Source: Octopus sinensis (taxonomy: Eukaryota). Taken from it: DNA of 64,000 bases. Of the stretch, positions 53,707-64,000 are shown one piece after another. Made by a program: the position numbers and the translations under genes. Below the pieces are notes generated by a model. It was given only the letters and a program-made list of their open reading frames with translations, made no database searches and was not told where the DNA came from. The stretch is from contig NC_043002.1 in assembly GCF_006345805.1 (NCBI RefSeq), forward strand, positions 75,826,001-75,890,000. Direction: 5' to 3'. Positions within the stretch are counted from its first letter, which is position 1, and the number at the start of each line of letters is the position of its first letter.

Positions 53707-54556
53707 GTATGTATGTATGTATGTATGTATGTATGTATGTATGTATGTATGTATGTATGTGAAGCATACCTTCATAAATACAGATACGTATACGCGTACG
53801 AGGGATAAAAAAAGGCAGATAGAGACAGAGCGAAAAAGGGAGAAAGTTAGGTCGCATTTCCTGTCTTTAATAACCTCTGCGCATTCTTTCCACGCCGTTT
53901 GTTCTTTCCCGCTGCTTACTCCCCTCCCTCGTCCCGTTCCTCTTTCTTAACGCCAACAGTGCGACAAAATTAACGAAAGAAATTCATAGTTTATTTCTAA
54001 GATAAAATTCTTCGAATATATAAAAAAACGTATGAATATAGCTACTAATGAGCTCCTAATCTTATGCCCTTGCACTCAACTATTCAAGTTATTTATTCGA
54101 GTGGTGTCGATTTTGATCGTCTGGTAAATTGAGAAATGAAATAAAACGCAATTAAATACAATAAAATAAATATTGAAATTAAATAAAGCTAAAACAAAGA
54201 AAAATGTTGATATCGTTAGACTTAGAATCAAAGAAAGATCGTATTTCACATGTTTTATAGATATCACGTCCATAGCAAACAGCTTTAAGAGTTATTAATA
54301 AAATTACGGTGGAACACCACAAATGATGGCCGATTTTAATATAATGTTAAACAGACAGTGGTCACCAATGGGCGTTGCTTTTAACGATGTCCATTCTCTG
54401 GTGAGAGTATTCAGACTAAGCTTTCGAACTAAAATGCCTCCTTATTATTTAATTTGCTTTTTAATTTTTTTCCAGTTTCGTACATTCTGCATGATAACTT
54501 TTAGCGATTCCTTTCTCCCTTCTGACAAAACCATTTAACCATTCACTTCCTGCTCA

Positions 54557-54613
<57 letters not shown>

Positions 54614-54769
54614 GATTAGCTTTTAGTAGTGGAAAAAAGTAAAAGTGATAAATGATGGCGTGTAAATATTGGCTTTAAACCCCCCATATTTTTTATCCAA
54701 AAGTTATCTTAGCCGAATACTTGGTGGTGGCAGTGGGAAGGGCGCATATGTTTCCTTGAGATTCCGTCC

Positions 54770-55113
54770 ACAAAATAGTTTCACAAGGCTTTGATCAGCA
54801 CAGGGATATGCTAGAAGACACTTGTCCAATGTGCAGAGGGACTGAACCCGAAACTGTGTGGTTGGAAAACAAACTTCTTACCACATGGCCTGCCATGCCT
54901 GTATTACTCTTTTACACTTTTACTAGTTTCAGTCATTTGAATTCGGCCATGCTGGAGCACCGCCTTTAGTCAAGCAAATCGAGCCCAGGACTTATTCTTT
55001 GTAAGTCTAGTACTTATTCTATCGGTTTCTTTTTGCCTAATCGCTAAGTTACGGGGACGTAAACACACCAGCATCGGTTGTCAAGCGGTGTTGGGGCGAC
55101 AAACACAGACATA

Positions 55114-55190
<77 letters not shown>

Positions 55191-55280
55191 GACGGGCTTC
55201 TTTCAGTTTCCGTCTACCAAATCCACTCACAAGGCTTTGGTCGGCCCGAAGTTATAGCAGAAGACACTTTCCCAAGGTGA
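54770..55280 (-). mobile_element. Two SINE family A pieces in tandem
   Basis: Old head at 54770-54900 followed by a 5'-truncated copy at 54905-55280. Confidence 0.8.
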
Positions 55281-55559
55281 TTTAAATTAACCTAAGAATA
55301 TATTCAAAGTAAGTGAAATTAATTATCATCAGGCAGGTATTGAACCTGCACCGAAAACTCGTTAAGTTGTAGATTTACCTCAAGTTGTTCTACAATGCTC
55401 ATTGAGCTCATTAGGTATTGATTTCTAAGTTTAACAGAATGTCACGTATTTAAGAGTAGACAGCGATAATCAATTGATATCGATCCCAGTACTTAACTAG
55501 CTTTCAATCGAACCGAGAAAGGTGTCACCAATGCGGTCATTCAATATTGTATTATTCTC

Positions 55560-56335
55560 GAGGTGATGAGCTGGCAGAATCGTTAGTGCGCCGGACAAAA
55601 TGTTTAGCGGCATTTCGTCCGTTTTGATGTTCTGAGTTCAAACTCTGCTGACGTCTACTTTGCCTTTCATCCTTTCGGGGTCGATAAATTAAGTACCGTG
55701 GAGGTGCAATGGCCCAGTGGTTAGGGCAGCGGACTCGCGGTCGGAGCATCGTGGTTTCGATTCCCAGACCGGGCGTTGTGTGTATTTATTGAGCGAAAAC
55801 ACCTAAAGCTCCACGAAGCTCCGGCAGGGAGTGATGGCGACCCCTGTTGTACTCTTTCGCCCCAACTTTCTCTCAGTGTTTCTTCTCGTTTCTTGAGTAA
55901 CGCTGCGATGGACAGGCGTCCCCTCCAGCTAGGGGGGAACACATACGCTACAGAAACCGGGAAACCGGGCCCATGAGACTGGCTAGGCTTGAAAAGGGCG
56001 CATAAATAATAAAAATTCAGTATCAGTTGCGTACTGGGGTCGATGTAATCGACTAGCGCCTTCCTCCAAAATTTCGGGCTTTGTGCCTAGAGTAGAAAAG
56101 AATATTGTTAATATTCTTAAGGCGATGAGTTGACAGAATCGTTATTACGCCGGACAAAATGCTTAGCAGCATTTCGTTCGTCTTGCAGTTCTGAGTTCAA
56201 ACTCCGCTGAGGTTGACTTTGCCTTCCTTCATTTCAGTGTCGATAAAATAAATAGCGATTGAGTACTGTGGTCAATGTGGTCGACTTAGGCCTTTCCCTG
56301 AAATTGCTGGCCTTGTGCTAAAATTTGAAACCGAT
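55560..56335 (+). mobile_element. SINE B interrupted by SINE C (55698-56012), followed by a second SINE B
   Basis: Decayed TSD aaattaagtacc (55686-55697) / aaattcagtatc (56013-56024). Confidence 0.85.
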
Positions 56336-56612
56336 ATCCTATCAGTCTATTATCGGTTTCAGCGAGAGACTGAGGCCGTTCTGGGGGGGGGGGCACTGCC
56401 ATTAATTATATGCGTTCCCCATCTCAACCTGCGACCCTCAGCTATGCTAGAAATAACAGCTAAATATCTCTCAAAATTACCTGAGAATGAAGAACACATT
56501 GGGTATTGTTCCTGATACCTCTAAAATCACAGGCTGACGACGATCGGCAGCTGTTTGATTATGATTTTGATTTTACCTTTGATGGTTCGGATTCGATCTG
56601 GGCGGACCCCCC

Positions 56613-56643
<31 letters not shown>

Positions 56644-56956
56644 CACTACCACCAACACCACCACCAACACCACGACGACGACGACAACAACAACAACAAC
56701 AACAAGAAAAACCTTAACATTAACAGTCACAACAACAACTAGCAAGTTTTATGTCGGCCTCGAAGTGCTTCAGTTGTATTTGAACCCGGAACGTAAAGAG
56801 TGGTAGAAAACGTTTAGTACAGTTATCTGTAGTCGCTGCTGCTCCACTGATCTTAGGGTTTATTTAAACATTTATCTGGAATTGAGTCTCGTTAGTCCTT
56901 GTAAGGTAAAATCTACTTTTCATTCCTACTTAGTGTTAAATATAGAAGGAGCAAGG

Positions 56957-57023
56957 AGAAGAAGAAGAAGAAGAAGAAGAAGAAGAAGAAGAGAAGAAGA
57001 AGAAGAAGAAGAAGAAGAAGAAG
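56957..57023. repeat. (GAA)n microsatellite
   Basis: Directly visible. Confidence 0.95.
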
Positions 57024-57079
57024 ACAATATGATTGAGTGGAGACTTATATCGTATGATTATTTTAAAAGAAACTTTTAA

Positions 57080-57690
57080 GATTGGTACAAGGTCACAAAT
57101 ATGAAGCAAGAGGTTAATCGATTGAACTGACTCCAGTATGTGACTGGTACTTCATTTTATCGATCTCGGAAGAATGTAAAGGAATAGTTTAAATCTCGAC
57201 AAGATTTGAACTTCAGAACGTAATGTCACGGAACAACATACCGACGCTCAATTTTGATAATCCGCCACCCTTAAATTCCTTATAAGGTTAACTTTTTAGT
57301 TAATAACGCTGACTCCATCATGTGAGTGATATAGCATTTTACCAATCCCAAAGAAAAAAACCCCAGTAAACTGAACGCGTCGGGATTTGATCTTTGAATG
57401 TAGAGAGAAGGAAACAACAAAGGACTTTATATGATGCTCTAACACTCCGCCAATTCGTCAACTCGCAGCCGGGGTATAAAAAATAATTGGTTGTAATATA
57501 AGCACAACGCTTGAAAGATGAGTGGGGTAGGTTGTTAGTTGATATCCTCGATTCCAGTGTTTAATTGGCACTTAATTATATCGGCCTCGAAAGAACGAGG
57601 GGCATACTTCATTTCAGCGGGTTTTGAACTCAGAACGTATAGGGCCAGAAGAAATACGTCAAGGCTAATGATTCTAACAATACACCGCCT
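57080..57690 (-). mobile_element. Three old SINE family B copies
   Basis: Decayed reverse-complement cores at about 57150, 57340 and 57570. Confidence 0.6.
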
Positions 57691-57768
57691 AGATAAAGGA
57701 TAATTTCCTTCCCGAAATTTCAGGCCTATTCTAGAGGGTTGAAATTTGGGGAAGGAGATTAGCCGCCG

Positions 57769-57821
<53 letters not shown>

Positions 57822-57910
57822 TTCTTCTTCTTCTTCTTCTTCTTCTTCTTCTCTTCTTCTTCTTCTTCTTCTTCTTCTTCTTCTTCTTCTTCTTCTTCTT
57901 CTTCTTCTTC
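57769..57910. repeat. Compound (CAT)n-(CTT)n microsatellite
   Basis: Directly visible. Confidence 0.95.
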
Positions 57911-58139
57911 CAACCAGAACTCACGCCATTAGCCACAAAGATTAATCTCTAATTCGAGCCTACTCTAAGCTACTAAGAATGCGTGTGGCAACTTGAAGAT
58001 CCATCCACCACATGGTTGCATGGGCGCGAAAGCTACGTTGTTATCCTCATTCCGTAAACGGTGGCTTTTAACGGGTGGAGAGCTGAACCATCCTGGGGTA
58101 CAGAAGATTCGCGATGTAGACTAGGGTCTGAAAGTTTAC

Positions 58140-58373
58140 CACACAATAGTGGATTACACCATGGTTCCTCTGCTTTGTGGCAGAAGTAGGAAGAAAGAGT
58201 GAGAGAAAGTTATGGTGAAAGAGTACAGCGGGGTTCACCACCACACCTGTTGGAGCCTCGGGGAGTTTAGGTGTTTTTGCTCAATAAACTCTCACAATGC
58301 CTGGTCTGGGAATCGAAACCGCGTTCTTAGGACCGCGAGTCCGCTGCCCTAACCACTGGGCCATTGTGCCTCC
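58140..58373 (-). mobile_element. SINE family C
   Basis: ccgcgagtccgctgccctaaccactgggccattgtgcctcc is the reverse complement of the head. Confidence 0.82.
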
Positions 58374-59153
58374 ACAGCCGCTGTCTTTGACCCCAGTATT
58401 TGATTCATGCTTATTTTAGCGTCCCAGGAGGGTTGAAAGGCAGGATTTAAACAAAGAATGTAAAAGAGTCGCAATGAATACCGACGTGCAAACGGCTGTG
58501 TCAGTCTACTCTCGCTTCTTCGACGATGATAATTACTTTTAGATAAATTTGTAGGTAATTTCATCGCCCCTTATCTGGAAGGGAAAAAGTATGGCGAAAT
58601 GAGTAACCGAGAGGGAGAGAGAGAGAAAGAGAAAGAGAGAAAGAAAATTAAGGAGAGAAGGAAAGAGAGAGGGAGAGAGAGGAGTGAGAAAATGAAGAAA
58701 GTTATTGGAATGAAAGAGAAAAGAATATGGAAGTATGCAAGGGAGAAGCAGTGAGAGCTGAGAAGAGGGGTAGTGAGAGAGAGAGATATAGAAAAAGAGA
58801 GGGAAAGAGAGAAGGAGGGAGAAAGAGAAGGAGGGAGGTAGAGTGAGAGAGAGAGAGAGAGCAGATGTTCAATTATCAAATGTGATGATTTCAGTAGAGA
58901 ACTTTTATCTTTACATAAAAAAGCACATGACCACGCACCCATACGCACACATTAAGGTTTATACACATACACATACGGGTACAAATATGCTATCACTCTC
59001 TCACACATGCATGCAAGCACACACTCACGCACGGCGCGCAGCGTAACGCACGCATGCACTCAACTAAACGTACAAATACACACGAATGCTTCTCTGCGTA
59101 AATACTAACACATAACCATCGACCACATAAAACCGCTCGTTCTTTCTTCCCTT

Positions 59154-59197
<44 letters not shown>

Positions 59198-59576
59198 GCA
59201 CATACACACACTCACTCATTGGCACATTCACTCACTCATACACACATATAGACGCACGATAAAATCAAATGATAAACGAAACAGATTTGAGTTTTGGCAT
59301 GTCAAGGTACCAATCAGTAAAAGAATGATAGTGAGAAAGAGAGAGAGAGAGAGAGGGAGAGAGAGAGGGAGAGAGAGAGAGGGAGAGAGAGAGAGGGAGA
59401 CAGAGAAGAGAGAGAAATGAAGAAAGACAAGCACAGAAAGATGTGAGTGTGTAAGTGTATGCGTTTATAAGAATGTGCGTGTGTGACAGAAACGAATAGA
59501 ACGAGCGAGATGCATGTTACGCCTTTGTGTTCGCGTGTCTGTGGGTGTGCATATACATGTATGTATATGTATATAT

Positions 59577-59630
<54 letters not shown>

Positions 59631-60299
59631 GAAGAAAGAGAGCTTGAGATAGGGAGAGGGAGAGTTGAACATTAAAAAAAGTTAGAGTTAAAGGAGGATG
59701 AGACAAAGAAACGGAAGGCAAAAAAAAAAGGCAAATATAAAAAAATAAAAGGTAAAAAAAAACAATTAGACCAAGGAACCTGGAAACAAATAGCTTAAAG
59801 TGGATGAGATGTGAGAGGTTAAAAATATAAAAAAAAAAGAATAAAATAAAAATTGGTTGACAGAATAGTTTGTGTTGTGTTCATTTGATAGATCGATCCC
59901 TTGGACGTCATTGAAATCGATAACGTGCCAATTCCTTGCCATCAATTTATTCGCATGTGTTCCGAGTCAATGGAACAAAATCTTTTCTAACGACCGCGAA
60001 ATGTAGTTGGTCTTTTAAGCCGCCATCTTTACGCTGTCTTCGTTACATTAAAAGTCTTCTGTCGGTCGTTGTACCGTTGTAATAGTCGATTACGCTGTTG
60101 CTGTTGTTACCGATTTTGCCTGTTGTTGTATGTTGTTGTTGTTATTATTGGTTACTGTCGTTGCTTTTGTCGGTACCGTTTCTACCAATTGTAGCTGATA
60201 TTGTTGATGTTGACATTATTGTAATCATTGGTATTTATTATTTTGGTTGATGTCGATGTTTGCTGTTGGTTTATCATTTTATAATTTTCAATATTTTTT

Positions 60300-60407
60300 A
60301 GTGATGTTACTGTTGTTGCTATTGTTGTTGTTGTTGTTGCTGTTGAACAATTTTTTCCGGTTCGTTTTGTTGCTGTTGTTGTTGATGCTGATGTTTGTTG
60401 GGCTTGT

Positions 60408-60447
<40 letters not shown>

Positions 60448-60495
60448 GATTGTGGTGGTGGTGTTTAGTGCGATAGTGGTTAGGGTGGTAGTGGT

Positions 60496-60566
<71 letters not shown>

Positions 60567-60739
60567 AAGTAGGATTTTGTCGTTGTTGGAATCGCCCTCT
60601 ACCCTCTACAACTGGCACCCAGGTTTCTTGTTACTGTTGCTTGCATTTGTTGTTGTTGTAACTACTTTCTTCTGTAGTTCTAAAACATAGTTACTGTTCC
60701 CCCGATTGTTGTTGTTGCTGTTGCTTTTGTCAGTCTTTT

Positions 60740-60774
<35 letters not shown>

Positions 60775-60830
60775 AATCATTATCATCATAACCATCGTCG
60801 TCATCATCATTCTTATTGTTATTGTTATTT
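60300..60830. repeat. Trinucleotide low-complexity region (TTG, AGT, GGT, AGC, CAT)
   Basis: Directly visible. Confidence 0.9.
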
Positions 60831-62033
60831 TTAATGGTGCTACTGTTGCCTAAATCTTCAGGGGAAGAGGATAATTATTTTATTTATTTATTTCTAATTT
60901 ATTATTGTCTTTTTTTTTAAATTTTACTACTGATGTTCAAAATTGTCACTGTTTTTCTGTAACTGTAGTTGTATTTTTTAAAGTTAATTTCCTTGATTTC
61001 TCTCTCTCTCTCCTCTCTCTCTCTCTTTCTCTTTCGTTCCCCCACATTTTTTGTTAGTTTCTTTTCAATTTAACTTTATTTAATTCTTTGATTCCATTTG
61101 CCTGATTCTACCATTCCTCTTCACCAGAGATTGCTAATCAATTAACAGATTCCATCGAACCTGTAATTCCCAACAAGAAACAACCAAATTACAGAACGGC
61201 TTACCAAACACGTTTTCTGCATTTACTCTTCCTTTTCCTTCCCTCTCTGTCTTTCCTTTTTTTCTTCTTCTAGAACCTTGATGATTGCATTATATGTGTA
61301 AGGTATCGACTGCTTGTATGTTAAAATCCTCACTAATATTGGTACGGTTTCGATGCTTCGTTGAAACTATTTTATTAATTTTTAATTTCGGATTCACTGT
61401 ATAGAAACAGGGACTCAAATTTCGGCGAAAGGACAGTATATTCAGGATTTTAATGGTGCTTTATTTCATCGACACCTTCAAGGATGAATGGGAAAGGTGA
61501 CCTCGGTGGAATTGGATTTCAGAACGTAAACCAATAACGCAAAGCATTTCGTTCGACAATTTTAGAAATTCGCCAATCTTCTACCATTTTTAAGGCAGGT
61601 TTATTTATACTCGTACATGCAATCTTACTACGCTCATATATCAATGCACACATGCACACACACACTCACACACACACAGACACATGCACACACACACACA
61701 CACTCACACAAACACACACACACACCCACATACACACACATACGCGCTCACACAAATATATAGACCTACAGAGGATCTGTATAGCAAAACAACAAAACGA
61801 AATATTTGAGCAAGCTAACTAACTCATACATTTCATGCATGTGTGTGTGTGTGTGTGTGTGTGCGTGTGTAATATAATATATATCGGGAGAAAGAGAGAG
61901 ATACATACAAGTATACATCTGTATGAGTATATATAGTTAGATAGGTAAATCCCTCTGTCTATTCATCTATTTATATATGTTTGTGTAAGTATATATATAT
62001 ATATATACACATACATACACACACACACACACA

Positions 62034-62106
<73 letters not shown>

Positions 62107-62774
62107 TATATATATTGTAGTAAGAAAGGTAAACAATTAGTGAAGGCAGCAATAAGGTATTTAAATTCATTTAATTCATTCCAAAATAGTAAAATAGTAC
62201 AGGACTGGTAGAAATAGTAGAGAAAATCTCTGAGAGCTTTTTCTGGGATATCCCGGTTATTGGATCATCGTATCGATTGAAGACTTTATAAACCGAGTAC
62301 TCCGTCATCGGAGAAATGTACGAAGAAATGTATGATAGACAGTGGAAAGAAAGCTCTTCTTGAATGCGGTTCATTATAATTCATTATGTTCAGGAGGGTA
62401 GGGTTCAGTTAAATCGATTTGAATGTATACATCCTTATGTAAAACCTTAGGTGAATCTATTATCAAATGTGTGGTTAGTTAGTGTATCAAGTGTATCAAG
62501 GTGAAAAAAGGAAAAGAAACTGCAATCTGTTGAAAAGTCGCGTGAATAACGAGAGTATGAAGTAAAGCGTTCTAGTATAAGAGAAAGAAAAAGATAGATA
62601 GATATAAGCATTATATTAGATATATAGTGTTCTGTACATTATAGGGTGTTTAGTCCTGAGCGAGGAGACGGGAAAGGAATTTATAGATAATACATTCTGA
62701 TATGAGAAAGATAAGTAGTTCTATATAGTGAGGTTTATTACGTCACGGGATCATTAGAGAGAGAGTGAGAGAGA

Positions 62775-62806
<32 letters not shown>

Positions 62807-64000
62807 AAGAGAGAGAGAGTGGGAGAGAGAGGATGGGGTAAGGCTAGCTGATTGACATTCCCATTCAAAGAAGATGGGTGTGGGTGAATGTAAAAACCGA
62901 CAGATAAGAGAGGGGATGAAACAGGGCAGATGCCAGATTTCAGGTCTAAGGTCTCAAAACGAGGGTGAGAATTGTGGATAAAAAAGTGGACATAAGAAAG
63001 ATAATAGAGAAGTGTAGATATGGGTGATAAAATCTTAATGGGATGGATATGTATTGTGTAGTAGCCACTAATGAAATCTTAGTTTTGCGTCATCAGAGAA
63101 ATTTAGGTTAGATAGTGGAGCAAGTTCCTCATCAATGATATATGTTGTGGTTGGATAGTTGGAGGGTCCAATTAGGAGGATTGGAGGGTCCGCTTAAATC
63201 CAGTTAGATCAGGTTTTTAGGTAAATAAATCCATGATCAAAAAGAATAGTTAAGTGGTACAGCATGGTGAGATGAAGGAGGGAAAGAATTGTTTCGCAGT
63301 GCTCCATATTGAGTGAAAAGGAAAATGAATGCTAGTATATCTAAAGTTGTGTATGGAATAAAGATACATTCTGGTGAGCCTATTTGAGCACCCAGAACGC
63401 ATACCTAGTAGTTTGAGACGTCCCGACGAAAGCCCCTCAAATCCTCTCTCCTTATGTATATAAGATCAAAAACCCAAATAAGGTAGCTTGTTCATAGTAA
63501 TGTATAATAAATTTGCTAAAACAAAAAGTGGACAAAACGTCAGAAACTGGTGTTTCTTGTTCATTCCATGTTCCATGAGCTAAGCTCGCTCTCTGCAGAT
63601 CGTATGGGAACTGATAATCACCGTAGAAACTAGTCTAAATGTTCTCCGTTACTCTGAACCCTGAGTCACATGGCTTAACATTGGGTCGGTGAGCACAACG
63701 AGCTTAAAGACATGTTTATTAAACATTGCCACGTAAATCTATTCAGAAACTTTTGAATTTAGTGTTGTATGTATACATATATATACGAATGTTCATATTA
63801 GGGACACTGTGTTGGTGTGTGATAGAGAGAAGAGTAGAGTGTACAATTAATGGTGCAACTATATATAAAGTGAAAATAAAAATGGATAAAATGTAGGACC
63901 TAATTTTATGTCAAAATTATATTTACTGTTTATTTCTAATTAATACATTATTAAATCACAGAAGATCATTAATATTTAAAAGTAAACTCAACGACAATGC

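Noticed and set aside
54323-54400. ATG-initiated segment ending CTG|gtgaga
   Set aside because: No recognisable peptide, promoter or partner exon
56882-57952. Poly-R/E, poly-H/L/F and poly-E/K/M ORFs
   Set aside because: Pure trinucleotide microsatellites

Overview
This is eukaryotic, AT-rich, repeat-dominated DNA. The dense tRNA-derived SINEs and very long (TA)n/(CA)n microsatellites look like an Octopus (coleoid cephalopod) genome, identified from recall rather than a search. Almost all ORFs in the track are microsatellite or SINE artefacts. The one real gene signal is two phase-compatible plus-strand exons (18198-18355 and 26134-26201). They splice to a C-terminal peptide resembling the PIN-domain end of the NMD factor SMG5, followed by a SINE-free putative 3' UTR. 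Other contents: several SINE families, piggyBac/hAT/Tc1-type MITEs, a decayed CR1-type LINE 3' end, a 223-bp foldback palindrome, hammerhead-like cores inside (TA)n-embedded repeats, a ~1.49-kb tandem duplication (probably an assembly artefact) and a 100-N gap. CpG content switches abruptly at that gap, from depleted on the left to retained on the right. No clearly new biological system can be demonstrated from the sequence alone. The best leads are the SMG5 3'-end architecture, the CpG domain boundary and the ribozyme-like repeat cores.
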